A stretch of 64,000 bases of DNA from a virus. This document shows, piece after piece, positions 1 to 9,199 of this stretch (position 1 is the first letter of the stretch; each line of letters begins with the position of its first letter). The stretch is taken from positions 1-64,000 of the IMG/VR virus record IMGVR_UViG_3300032307_000622; one strand, given 5' to 3'. The notes beneath the pieces are model-generated. The model was given only the letters and a program-made list of their open reading frames with translations. It did not search any database and was not told the DNA's origin. The position numbers and the translations under genes were made by a program.

Positions 1-846
1 CTAATTGGTGGATCAACTTCTGCAACAGTTGAGGTCTCAAATACTGTATTTGGAAATGACCCAGCTCCTGGAACACCAAAGGTTCTTATTTTTCTTGTAG
101 TTTATGAGGATGTCCCAGTTGCCCCAACTCCTACACCTGAGCCTACCCCAGAACCTAGCCCTACACAGCCTGAGCCACAGCCTGAGCCACAAAACCCAGT
201 TATAATAGAGCCAGAACCTTTGCCAACGCAAGAACCTGTAGAGGAGCCAACTGTTGAGCCTAGCCCAGAACCAACCCCAGAACCAGAACCAGAGCCATCC
301 ATTCCATCTGAGGAAGAGCCAACACCTGAACCTACGCCTAGCGAGGAGCCTTCTCAAGAGCCAGAAGAAACTGAGCCCACTCCGCTACCAGAGCCAGTCT
401 CGCCAGAAACCCCAGAACCCAGAGAACCTGAGTTATCTGTAGAAGAGTCTGTTGAAATAATTGAAGATGCTGCCTCTATTGATCCATCAGCTTTGACTGA
501 TGAACAGGTAGAGGAGCTAGTGGAAGCAGCCTTGGCAATATTTGAAGTAGCAGAGCAAGGCTCAGAAGAGTATGAGGCTGCCTTAGATGCCCTTATGATT
601 GCGGCAGAAGCAGATGACTTAGAATTACCACAAGAATTAGCAGCTATACCACTCTTAGGAGATGTAGCTGGTGCTGCATTGGAAGTATTTAACAATGTAG
701 GAAATATTGGTGCAGACATGTCTCCCCAAGTTCGTGAGGATGCGGAAAAAACAGTTATTGCATCAGTTATAGCCGTTCAGGCAGCAGTTAGTGCAGTAGC
801 AACAGCTACTACCGTAACAGCCTCAAGCGGCACCAGGAGGATATAA
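1..846 (+). CDS. 5'-truncated Pro/Glu-rich surface or virion protein with possible SUEL/galactose-lectin-like remnant
   Basis: Frame is open from base 1 ([29 protein letters not shown]...), so the true start lies upstream of the window. FGxDPxxGxxK resembles SUEL lectin ends. Long PE/PT repeats and a hydrophobic C-terminus follow. Confidence 0.7.
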   Translation, partial: LIGGSTSATVEVSNTVFGNDPAPGTPKVLIFLVVYEDVPVAPTPTPEPTPEPSPTQPEPQPEPQNPVIIEPEPLPTQEPVEEPTVEPSPEPTPEPEPEPSIPSEEEPTPEPTPSEEPSQEPEETEPTPLPEPVSPETPEPREPELSVEESVEIIEDAASIDPSALTDEQVEELVEAALAIFEVAEQGSEEYEAALDALMIAAEADDLELPQELAAIPLLGDVAGAALEVFNNVGNIGADMSPQVREDAEKTVIASVIAVQAAVSAVATATTVTASSGTRRI

Positions 847-847
847 G

Positions 848-1018
848 ATGAAGAAATTCTTCAAAGACATGCTAGATCAAGCATGGACACTTTTGGGTAT
901 GTTTGTGGCCTGGGTAGTATTGGAGGGTAGTGCAAAGACAATAGTTGGCTATTGCATTATTGGTACTCTTGGGCTATGGGCAATCACATACCCATTAAGA
1001 AAGGACGGTGAGGAATAG
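848..1018 (+). CDS. small membrane protein (56 aa)
   Basis: Hand-translated MKKFFKDMLDQAWTLLGMFVAWVVLEGSAKTIVGYCIIGTLGLWAITYPLRKDGEE; two hydrophobic segments; abuts the upstream stop. Confidence 0.7.
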   Translation: MKKFFKDMLDQAWTLLGMFVAWVVLEGSAKTIVGYCIIGTLGLWAITYPLRKDGEE

Positions 1019-1144
1019 CATGAACAGCTATTGCGAACTACAAGAAATAACCAGAAAGACTGACACGCTCAGGTTGAGGTGCCAGGCTATATGAATAACT
1101 AAATAAATAACCATTTAGACTAAACCCCACAGAAAGGAGTTAAA

Positions 1145-1411
1145 ATGGACGAACAGGGAGTAGCAGGAGGGCTTGCTACATTAAAGAATGTATTCTGGAG
1201 AATACTGGCTGTATTTGCAGCATCTGGACTATCAGTTCTAGGTGCTGGAGCCGTTGTTGGAATTGACCTAATATCAGCTGTATTTATGGCAGGTATTTTG
1301 GGTGTTGCGACAGTAGTTGAAAAGCTAGCCAGGGCATTCCTAGAAGATGGAAAGCTAACCATGCAAGAGATCAACGATGCCTTTTCAAAGGTAGACAAAA
1401 ACTCTAAGTAA
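1145..1411 (+). CDS. holin-like membrane protein
   Basis: 88 aa, two TM segments, SD AGAAAGGAG upstream. Confidence 0.55.
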   Translation: MDEQGVAGGLATLKNVFWRILAVFAASGLSVLGAGAVVGIDLISAVFMAGILGVATVVEKLARAFLEDGKLTMQEINDAFSKVDKNSK

Positions 1412-1429
1412 TTGACTTAGCCCAACCCC

Positions 1430-1458
1430 TTGACAGTCCCCTCTGGGTCGTGTATAAT
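1430..1458 (+). promoter_or_regulatory. housekeeping sigma promoter
   Basis: TTGACA-17 bp-TATAAT perfect consensus. Confidence 0.8.
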
Positions 1459-1490
1459 GATAATACACTAAATCTAGAGGGGACTTTCTT

Positions 1491-2021
1491 ATGACCTGTA
1501 TAGCTGCCCTAAAGGCCAATGGCAAGGTATATATGGCAGGGGAGCGTGGAGCCTCTACTGATGACACAATCCTACACCTATCAAAGCCAAAAGTCAAGAC
1601 AGTTGGCCCATACATAATTGGGTTTGCTGGAAGTATGGACGGACAACGACTAACCTACTCTTTCGATCCACCAAAACCACATCCAGACGAAGATCTAGAT
1701 ATTTTTATGAATACTAAATTTATGCGATATCTTAAGGATTTTTATGATGAGTGGTGGGTAGATACATCAAGAGATTCAGAGCTGTCATTACTAATAGGGA
1801 TTAGAGATAAGCTATATGAGCATAATGCCTCTGACATGTCCTTAAACGAATTTTCTTCTCCATTTACGTGTATTGGCAGTGGTTCGGCATTTGCTATGGG
1901 GCATTTGTCTGCAACATCAATGGCCAAGAGTTCCCCAGAAAGTAGGGTAGAGGCAGCAGTTAAAACTGCAATAAAATTTTCACCAACTTGTTCTGGAACA
2001 GTTGACATTTTAAGCACATAG
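1491..2021 (+). CDS. Ntn-hydrolase, HslV/proteasome beta-like protease
   Basis: N-terminal M-T-C-I-A, IGFAGS and IGSGSAFAMG motifs. Confidence 0.75.
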   Translation: MTCIAALKANGKVYMAGERGASTDDTILHLSKPKVKTVGPYIIGFAGSMDGQRLTYSFDPPKPHPDEDLDIFMNTKFMRYLKDFYDEWWVDTSRDSELSLLIGIRDKLYEHNASDMSLNEFSSPFTCIGSGSAFAMGHLSATSMAKSSPESRVEAAVKTAIKFSPTCSGTVDILST

Positions 2022-2036
2022 GAGTACAATATAACC

Positions 2037-2234
2037 ATGGAAAAAAAAGATGTCATCATTCTTGAAGAGCAAGACATGTGGGAATGGCTACAAATAGGTC
2101 TTGACAAAGGTTGGGTTTCTGAACCATTTTGCTACACGCATGATGGTGACCCTTACATGACAGAAGAAGAAGAAAAAGAATGGGAAGATGGCGGAGACCC
2201 ATGTTCCCCAGTAATTAAACTATTAAATCAATAA
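2037..2234 (+). CDS. hypothetical protein
   Basis: ORF with TACAAT 6 nt upstream of the ATG (leaderless); CYTHDG motif. Confidence 0.65.
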   Translation: MEKKDVIILEEQDMWEWLQIGLDKGWVSEPFCYTHDGDPYMTEEEEKEWEDGGDPCSPVIKLLNQ

Positions 2235-2248
2235 AGAAAGAAAAGGGT

Positions 2249-3052
2249 ATGAGAAAACTATTTTCAGTTGTACTTGCTGCATTTCTTGCAGTATCATTCG
2301 TAACACCGTCCCAGGCAGAAGAGACTAAGACTCTTGTCATCATTGATAGCTATTTTGATGCATCAAAGATTGATGGCGATGTAGAATCTGTCTGTCTTGC
2401 TGTTTCTGGCTGTGAGCTAACACCAACTCCACGCTCTGGATTTTCAGACGCATATAATCATGGAACTGCTATGGCAGAGGTTGCTCTTAAGCAAGACCCA
2501 GATATTAAGCTAGTCCTTATTAGTGCTGCATCACTAACTAGAAATCCTCGCACAAATGTTGTAACTATTTCTACTTTAAATGGAAATGACTTTCTCCGTG
2601 CACTATCTTATGTAAACAACAGAAATGATGTTGATGCAGTATCATTCTCATACAATCTGTCTGGCCCAAGACCATGTTCTTTGGCAGCCATTGGCGGAGT
2701 TAATGTTAGAGTGGTAGATCCACAGATTCGTGCCACAATCTCTACTCTAAAGTCCAAGGGTATTCCAGTGTTTTCATCAACTGGAAACAGAGCAGGAGCA
2801 GCTGTAAATTATCCAGCCTGTATTGAAGATGTAAACTCTGTTGGAGTGGGTGACTTAAACAGGCTTGGCAACATCGCTAGTGTATTTACATTTGATGCAA
2901 ATACAGATTATTTTGCAACTGGATCAGTGTCAAACTATTCATCAAAGATCTTTGGTCTAATTCCAAACACAACTTCTGCTGGAAATGTTGCAGTTGCAGT
3001 AAAGTATTTGCTTGGACAACTTGACAGCAAGTTTGTCTCCGTGCTACAATAG
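2249..3052 (+). CDS. secreted S8 subtilisin-like serine protease
   Basis: Signal peptide; IIDS (Asp), HGTAMA (His), STGN oxyanion, YPAC, TTSAG (Ser). Confidence 0.75.
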   Translation: MRKLFSVVLAAFLAVSFVTPSQAEETKTLVIIDSYFDASKIDGDVESVCLAVSGCELTPTPRSGFSDAYNHGTAMAEVALKQDPDIKLVLISAASLTRNPRTNVVTISTLNGNDFLRALSYVNNRNDVDAVSFSYNLSGPRPCSLAAIGGVNVRVVDPQIRATISTLKSKGIPVFSSTGNRAGAAVNYPACIEDVNSVGVGDLNRLGNIASVFTFDANTDYFATGSVSNYSSKIFGLIPNTTSAGNVAVAVKYLLGQLDSKFVSVLQ

Positions 3053-3063
3053 TACTGTAGCAA

Positions 3064-3135
3064 TCCTCACTAGCTCAACGGCAGAGCAACGAGCTGTTAA
3101 CTCGTGGGTTCCTAGTTCGAATCTAGGGTGGGGAG
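3064..3135 (+). tRNA. tRNA-Asn(GTT)
   Basis: Cloverleaf; acceptor TCCTCAC/GTGGGGA; anticodon arm ACGAG-CTGTTAA-CTCGT; T loop GTTCGAATC. Confidence 0.93.
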
Positions 3136-3231
3136 CTAATGGTTCGGCTTGCACCACTCTTCGGGTATAAGATAAAAGCAAGCAAACTTTAATAGCATGG
3201 GTAAGGCTTATAGTCAAGCCTATGCTATTTT

Positions 3232-3305
3232 GGCTTCGTAGCTCAGTTGGTTAGAGCACCACCCTGTCACGGTGGGGGTCGTGGGTTCAAGTCCCATCGG
3301 AGTCG
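3232..3305 (+). tRNA. tRNA-Asp(GTC)
   Basis: Acceptor GGCTTCG/CGGAGTC; anticodon loop CTGTCAC; GTTCAAGTC. Confidence 0.93.
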
Positions 3306-3309
3306 CTTT

Positions 3310-3382
3310 GGTCCGTTGGAGTAGCGGTTATCTCGTCTGCCTTTCACGCAGAAGATCGCCAGTTCGAATCTGGTACGGACTA
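3310..3382 (+). tRNA. tRNA-Glu(TTC)
   Basis: Acceptor GGTCCGT/ACGGACT; anticodon loop CTTTCAC; GTTCGAATC. Confidence 0.92.
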
Positions 3383-3383
3383 C

Positions 3384-3457
3384 GCCGCCTTAGCTCAGTT
3401 GGCCAGAGCATCCGCCTTGTAAGCGGAGGGTCGTGAGTTCGAATCTCACAGGTGGCT
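3384..3457 (+). tRNA. tRNA-Thr(TGT)
   Basis: Acceptor GCCGCCT/AGGTGGC; anticodon loop CTTGTAA; GTTCGAATC. Confidence 0.93.
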
Positions 3458-3471
3458 CAGATAGGAAAAAT

Positions 3472-4176
3472 ATGTTAATAGTTGGTGGAATAGACATCGG
3501 AAATAGAATGGATGTCAGCTCAAGAATTATAAATGCCATTTCACATTTCAGGGTTATTGTGGTTGAAAACATTCATAATTTTAATCGCCTATGCTCTGAA
3601 CTAGGTCTAGCTCCACGAGCAAAAGTAGTTGAGTATTTTTCTCCTATGGATGCCGTAGAAGAGCAAAATGTAATTGATATGATCATGGAGCACCTTGCTG
3701 ACGGAGATGACGTTCTATTGCTGTCTGACGATGGCATGCCAGGTATAGCTGATCCAGGTGGATTGCTAATAGATTATGCACATAGAGCTGGTCATAGGGT
3801 CTCTGTATTCCCTGGACCATCCATTGTCTCTACCTTACCAGCAGTTCTAGGTGTTGATAGCAGAAGGTTTACATTTGAAGATGAGATTCCATCTGACAAA
3901 ACTGAAAGACTTCAGCTATTGGAAAAGCTATATGGTGAGGGTAGAGGTGTAGTCTTTATTGTAAAAAATCGCAGAGATGACAATGGGACATTTAAAGAAG
4001 TGATAAAGGACATTGCTTCCGTAATACCTAAAGAAAACATTATTGGTTTGGGTGTAAACTTAACCATGAAAAATGAAATGATAATTAAAACAAGAGTTGG
4101 CAAGCTATACGATAGTCTAGAAAGCTACAACTTTTCGCAAGAAGATTTCATTTCCCTATATGTGGATTGTAGATAA
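3472..4176 (+). CDS. rsmI: RsmI-like SAM-dependent (tetrapyrrole-methylase fold) methyltransferase
   Basis: IGNxxDxSxR, LSDDGMPGIADPG and FPGPS match RsmI motifs. Start moved to ATG 3472 because 3433 lies inside tRNA-Thr. Confidence 0.75.
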   Translation: MLIVGGIDIGNRMDVSSRIINAISHFRVIVVENIHNFNRLCSELGLAPRAKVVEYFSPMDAVEEQNVIDMIMEHLADGDDVLLLSDDGMPGIADPGGLLIDYAHRAGHRVSVFPGPSIVSTLPAVLGVDSRRFTFEDEIPSDKTERLQLLEKLYGEGRGVVFIVKNRRDDNGTFKEVIKDIASVIPKENIIGLGVNLTMKNEMIIKTRVGKLYDSLESYNFSQEDFISLYVDCR

Positions 4177-4838
4177 TGGATATATTAACTGATACTAGTT
4201 ATGATTTTAATGTTTGGTATAACACATACGATCCAAACTTCATTGATATTTGTGCAAGATCAAAGGTCCCAGAAAAGTGGGTATCTTATGACAGAGTTTT
4301 GTCAAGCAAGTATAGGGATTCAGTAATTAAGCCAGTCAACAGCTATGCAGAAAATCTTTATCCATTCCCAGAATTAGTAAACATTACAAAAGATACTGCT
4401 ACTCTAAGACAGCACAACCATGCTGAGATATTGCTAATAGAGGAAGCTGGAAAACTAAAGGCACTTGATAGGCCATGGATAAGACAATTTTATCAGTCTA
4501 GCCACAATCGTGAGCCATCTACAGGATGCTTTAGTGATGCCTTCGTTTTTTATGTGCCATGGTTTATTGATGGAGACGCTGATGTGAGCTTTTATAGCTC
4601 TCCAGAATCCCCCATCATGGCCTATAGCAAAGAGCATAGGTATGTGACGATTCCCAGTGATACCAAGTTTGTTGAGCCAGCAATGGTTCCATTTAGATTT
4701 AAGCGATTTGGAACACATATGGAGTCTGAAAATGTAGGAAAAGTTAAAAGAAAAAGCCCACTTTTCGACATAACCATTAAAGCAGATGATATAATTATAG
4801 AAAGAGTTAGGAAATTCTATGAAGAAGAATGTAATTAA
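4176..4838 (+). CDS. hypothetical protein
   Basis: 220 aa ORF coupled to its neighbours. Confidence 0.65.
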   Translation: MDILTDTSYDFNVWYNTYDPNFIDICARSKVPEKWVSYDRVLSSKYRDSVIKPVNSYAENLYPFPELVNITKDTATLRQHNHAEILLIEEAGKLKALDRPWIRQFYQSSHNREPSTGCFSDAFVFYVPWFIDGDADVSFYSSPESPIMAYSKEHRYVTIPSDTKFVEPAMVPFRFKRFGTHMESENVGKVKRKSPLFDITIKADDIIIERVRKFYEEECN

Positions 4839-5544
4839 GTTTTATCCGTTTAACGAAGCCTCAGCAGAGTTTGCACCACCGCCTATCCCAGCAACCAAAA
4901 TGGTTCCAGACTGGTACAGGAAGCAACCAGGCATTATCAAAAACGACAATGCATATATTGGTGGTGGCGTTGATGCAACCGTTAAAAAGTGCATGGCAAT
5001 ATTCGATGCAATGACAATGGGCTATTTAATCTTGGCACCGTGTGACATATACGTTGATGCCACAGATCCAGAAAAGCTATCCTACTCTGTTCCAATAAAA
5101 ATTAAGCAATACCAATCAGATATGTTTGCGGTACACTCTTTTGAGCAGTATGACCACTATCCACTAGATCACAGCATTTATCACAAACAGTTGCTAAGAA
5201 TTTTCCCATTCTGGTCTGTTGAAACTCAAAAGGGATATAGCTGCATGTACCTACAACCACTACACAGAGAGCTAGACACTCTAGCTATCCCTGGCATTAT
5301 AGATACAGATGGCTTTGTTTCAGAGGGGCACATGTCCTTTTTGGTAAAGAAAGGCTTTAAGGGAGTTATTAAGCAAGGCACTCCACTAATTCAGGTATAC
5401 CCATTTAAGCGTGAGTCGTGGACTAGCAGGATAGTCACGATGGCTGAAGCACTAAAAACTTTAACAGTTCAAAGACTTATTCTTCGTAGCAAGTTTATCA
5501 ACTCATATAAAGAAAATTTTTGGACCAAAAAAGATTATAAGTGA
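4819..5544 (+). CDS. DUF6065-like hypothetical protein
   Basis: PDWY, KKCxxxxDAMxxGY, GIIDTD and GTPLxQxxPFKRE motifs; paralog of the next gene. Confidence 0.6.
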   Translation: MKKNVIKFYPFNEASAEFAPPPIPATKMVPDWYRKQPGIIKNDNAYIGGGVDATVKKCMAIFDAMTMGYLILAPCDIYVDATDPEKLSYSVPIKIKQYQSDMFAVHSFEQYDHYPLDHSIYHKQLLRIFPFWSVETQKGYSCMYLQPLHRELDTLAIPGIIDTDGFVSEGHMSFLVKKGFKGVIKQGTPLIQVYPFKRESWTSRIVTMAEALKTLTVQRLILRSKFINSYKENFWTKKDYK

Positions 5545-6311
5545 TTCCTTTAAAGATAAAATTTATTCCAGCGTTTAAAAATTTTACTGGACATCTTTCT
5601 CCACCAGAACCAGCCGTTCGCCACGTTCCAGAGTGGTATAGGTCCTTAGCAAAGTTTGACAAGTCTAACGATGAAATTACGCTTAACCCAGTAAATAATC
5701 TAGGAACAGATGGTGCTCAGGTATCAACCAAGATGTGCATGCCGTTCTTTGACGCTATGACAGCTGGATATCAGTATGTATTAGAGGATGACCTGCATAT
5801 AGATCTGGATGAAGAGGGCAGGCCATTGCTTTGGTGGGAGGGAGATGTCATGCTTGTGGACAAACGCCCAATCGTTGACATAGTTGTTCCAGATAATTGC
5901 CACCCAATACACTATGGCTGGAGAATGAACTGGTATTATGAAACGCCACCAGGATATTCAGTTTTAATAACTCACCCAATGAATAGGCACGATCTGCCAT
6001 TTTATGTTCAATCTGGTATAGTCGAATCAGATATTTGGGGACTTCCAGTTTTTATAGCATTTTTTCTAAAAAGAAACTTTCGTGGAGTAATTCCTAAAGG
6101 AACTCCAATTATGCAGATTATTCCATTTAAACGTGATGACTGGGAGCTAGAAGTTGTATCAGATGAATCCGCTATAGATAAGCATGAATTCATGGCAGAA
6201 AATAGAAGGTCTATGCTTTTTGGATATTATAAGAAAACCGCTTGGAGAAAAAAGTTTTTTGGTATTTTTGGAAAAAGATTTAAAGATGTGAGTCATGATG
6301 ACCAGGATTGA
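5541..6311 (+). CDS. DUF6065-like hypothetical protein
   Basis: PEWY, KMCMPFFDAMTAGY, TPPGYS and GTPIMQIIPFKR motifs. Confidence 0.6.
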   Translation: MIPLKIKFIPAFKNFTGHLSPPEPAVRHVPEWYRSLAKFDKSNDEITLNPVNNLGTDGAQVSTKMCMPFFDAMTAGYQYVLEDDLHIDLDEEGRPLLWWEGDVMLVDKRPIVDIVVPDNCHPIHYGWRMNWYYETPPGYSVLITHPMNRHDLPFYVQSGIVESDIWGLPVFIAFFLKRNFRGVIPKGTPIMQIIPFKRDDWELEVVSDESAIDKHEFMAENRRSMLFGYYKKTAWRKKFFGIFGKRFKDVSHDDQD

Positions 6312-7146
6312 TGCCCTAGTATATTCTTATAAAAATAAAAACTTAAAGTTAGTTGTGGATGCACTCTTAAATAATACAAAGAGTGATATTTATATTAATG
6401 TGTTTGATCAAAATCCTATAGATAGAACTTCTCTTTTTAAAGACCAGAGAATAGACTACGAGTATATATTTTGGGATAAAATTTATAGCCCCAGCGAAAA
6501 GAAGGGGGATACTATTAACAGGTCAACCGCTGACTACATCTTGGAGATATCAGATGATTGCCTTCTTTCTGATGGCTGGGACATCGAAATGATAAAGTTG
6601 GTAGAGTCTAAAAATTGCGTTGTCTCTGGAAACTCTAATATCAAGCTAGTAAAAAATGGACCATTCTTTTTCTCTACAACAGAAGAAACATCTGGGCAGT
6701 CTATCTTAACAAATTATATAGATAAAGATTTTACATTTACTAAAAATAAAATTTGGAAGTCTATACAATATCCATATTTTTTAAAGTATAATGGAGAGGC
6801 AGAATTATTAAGTTTAAACTTTTTTCGTGCTGGGTATGATATATATAGTGCACCAGTGCAAACTTATACAAATTTAAATCTTAAGACTTTCGATCGATTG
6901 TATGTGCCATTTTCAAAAGATCATAACTACAATATGGTTGTAGACATAATTAATGATGAGTCTATTGACGAGACCAACAACACTCCCAGAACAAAAAAAG
7001 ACTTTTTTAGGTTCCACGGCATAGATGATTTTAAAATAAAAAGGCTGCCATACTCAACGAATGACGTGCAATATGACCCATATGGCCTTAAGTTTCAAGA
7101 CATAGATGCCAGAAAGTTTATATCCAAGACAAAGTCTATTTACTGA
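6295..7146 (+). CDS. GT-A glycosyltransferase resembling hydroxyproline GlcNAc-transferase (GlcNAc/Gnt1 family)
   Basis: DDCLLSDGWD and YxGExELLSLxxFxxGYDIYS resemble the family's DSH..F...WD and GEE......GYDIY motifs. Confidence 0.55.
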   Translation: MMTRIDALVYSYKNKNLKLVVDALLNNTKSDIYINVFDQNPIDRTSLFKDQRIDYEYIFWDKIYSPSEKKGDTINRSTADYILEISDDCLLSDGWDIEMIKLVESKNCVVSGNSNIKLVKNGPFFFSTTEETSGQSILTNYIDKDFTFTKNKIWKSIQYPYFLKYNGEAELLSLNFFRAGYDIYSAPVQTYTNLNLKTFDRLYVPFSKDHNYNMVVDIINDESIDETNNTPRTKKDFFRFHGIDDFKIKRLPYSTNDVQYDPYGLKFQDIDARKFISKTKSIY

Positions 7147-7151
7147 TATAA

Positions 7152-7769
7152 TTGATGCAGGAGAGTATGATGCACAGAATACATATTATTGATAATTTTA
7201 TTACACCAGAAGATGCTCAAACTTTGATTAATGAGCAGAAGAATCCTTCTCAGGTAAACCCATATCCAGAATACTATAGTGAGCGTTTTGGTGGAACAGC
7301 ATTCCCATACAACAAAACAGTAATGGACCTACTAATTAAGTATGGTCATAAATCTAATGAGGTTCATAGAGAACAAAATAGTTTTGTGAACCCAATCTAT
7401 GTTTTTAAGGCATTTGGTTCTTGGTGGCAACCAGGCACCAAGGGTGACCTGCACATTGATGCACAAGATCCAGAGCCATTTATTGAGTGGAGCACAATCA
7501 TATATCTTAATGATCCTTCAGAATATGAGGGTGGTATTATATACTTCCCCAATCAGGGATTTGAGTATAAGCCTAGACAATACTCCGCAGTATTTTTTCC
7601 ATCAGCTGGCTCAGAATACATCCATGGAATTACTACGGTAACTTCTGGAACAAGGCATACAGCACTGTATATGCACACTAGTATTCCAAAATACCTAGAT
7701 CCAGAATTTCATCCAGAAGTAAACAGAAGCATGTGGATGGCACAGCAACACCCATACGTTAGGCAGTAA
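7152..7769 (+). CDS. 2OG-Fe(II) oxygenase, prolyl 4-hydroxylase-like
   Basis: HID, YLN..YEGG, H..TTVTSGTR motifs. Confidence 0.85.
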   Translation: MMQESMMHRIHIIDNFITPEDAQTLINEQKNPSQVNPYPEYYSERFGGTAFPYNKTVMDLLIKYGHKSNEVHREQNSFVNPIYVFKAFGSWWQPGTKGDLHIDAQDPEPFIEWSTIIYLNDPSEYEGGIIYFPNQGFEYKPRQYSAVFFPSAGSEYIHGITTVTSGTRHTALYMHTSIPKYLDPEFHPEVNRSMWMAQQHPYVRQ

Positions 7770-9188
7770 GTGAAAATATTTGGCTTTAACGAAACCTCGC
7801 ACGATGCCGCTTTAGCAGTCATTGAAAATGGCAATATTTTATTTGCTGGTCATGCAGAAAGATATAGCAAAGTAAAGAATGACTGGTATACGAATAAAGG
7901 ACTTTGGCTAAATGCTTTGCGGTTTGGAAATCCCTACGTTATTGCCTATTACGAAAAGCCATATCTTAAAAAGCTTAGACTCTCTTTAAGAGGCGGAGCC
8001 TCTGACTGGAAACCAACACACCCTTATGAAAAAAGTTTTAAGCACCACTATTCGCATGCTGCAGCAGGCTACTACACAAGTCCATTTGACAAGGCAGCAA
8101 TTGTTGTAATAGATGCAATTGGAGAATTTTCAACATCGACTGTTTGGTCTGGAAATGGTGAAAAGATTAAGCTTGTAAAACAGTTTAACTATCCATTGAG
8201 TTTTGGGCTGTTCTACTCAGCGTTTACAGAGCTTATTGGGCTAAAGCCAAATGAGCACGAATATATTCTTATGGGGATGGCAGGCTACGGAAATCACTCA
8301 CGGTACTACAGAAAGATCAAAGAATACTTTCCTAGCATAAATGAACAGAAATATAACTTTCATCAGGGCATTGTTGACTGGGATGAACCAATTGATGACC
8401 AGGCAAAGTTTGACATTGCAGCAGCTGTACAAAAAATTTATGAAATAAGATTGCAAGAGTTTATGTGTGAAGTAAAAACAAAATGGCTCCCAGAATATGA
8501 CAATTTAGTATTTATGGGAGGCTGTGCACTAAATGCCTCTGCAAACACAAAGCTGTGGAAGATTTTTAAAGATATCTGGATTATGCCAAATCCAGGAGAT
8601 GCTGGTTCATCACTTGGTGCAGCACTGGCCTTGTATGGCAAGCATGCTAAGTGGGAGGGTCCATACCTTGGATATGATTTGGGTGGAGATTACCCAGTAG
8701 AAAAAATTTTTAATGAAATAATGAAGAACAAGGTTGCTGCTGTAGCTACTGGTAGAGCAGAGTTTGGTCCACGTGCTCTTGGGAATAGAAGTATTCTGGC
8801 AGATCCAAGAGATCCTGAGATCAAAGATAAAGTAAATAGAATTAAAAAGCGTGAACTCTTTAGGCCATTTGCTCCAGTTGTAATGGCTGAACATGCATCT
8901 GAGTGGTTTGATATGGACTATGAATCTCCTTATATGCAGTATACCCCAAAGTGTTTAAAGCCTGAGCTGATCCCATCAGTGGTTCATATTGATGGAACCT
9001 CTAGGGTTCAAACGGTAACAAGAGAGCAGCATCCTGGATTATATGCAGTATTAGAAAAATTTTACAAGGCAACTGGCGTACCAATACTACTAAATACAAG
9101 CCTTAATATCAAGGGGCAGCCACTTTTAAATGATGAACGTGATATCATTGAGTGGGAACAGACATACAGAACAAAAATTATTCGATAG
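7770..9188 (+). CDS. carbamoyltransferase (NodU/CmcH/TobZ family)
   Basis: HDAA, HHYSHAA, GGCALN, GDAGSSLGAA, EFGPRALGNRSILADP, RPFAP and LNTSLN motifs. Confidence 0.93.
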   Translation: MKIFGFNETSHDAALAVIENGNILFAGHAERYSKVKNDWYTNKGLWLNALRFGNPYVIAYYEKPYLKKLRLSLRGGASDWKPTHPYEKSFKHHYSHAAAGYYTSPFDKAAIVVIDAIGEFSTSTVWSGNGEKIKLVKQFNYPLSFGLFYSAFTELIGLKPNEHEYILMGMAGYGNHSRYYRKIKEYFPSINEQKYNFHQGIVDWDEPIDDQAKFDIAAAVQKIYEIRLQEFMCEVKTKWLPEYDNLVFMGGCALNASANTKLWKIFKDIWIMPNPGDAGSSLGAALALYGKHAKWEGPYLGYDLGGDYPVEKIFNEIMKNKVAAVATGRAEFGPRALGNRSILADPRDPEIKDKVNRIKKRELFRPFAPVVMAEHASEWFDMDYESPYMQYTPKCLKPELIPSVVHIDGTSRVQTVTREQHPGLYAVLEKFYKATGVPILLNTSLNIKGQPLLNDERDIIEWEQTYRTKIIR

Positions 9189-9199
9189 GAGAACGGCTA

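Noticed and set aside
37-719. Antisense ORFs over the Pro/Glu-rich gene, and similar shadow ORFs across the window
   Set aside because: They are mirror frames of low-complexity or well-supported genes on the other strand.
1019-1130. Possible riboswitch or seventh pseudoknot (CCTGAGCGTGTC on the minus strand)
   Set aside because: It lacks P1 complementarity and the AAACTGCTC partner; no aptamer consensus recognised.
3433-3471. ORF-track start of the RsmI-like gene and ORF 3390-3572(-)
   Set aside because: Both overlap tRNA-Thr and are artefacts of tRNA sequence.
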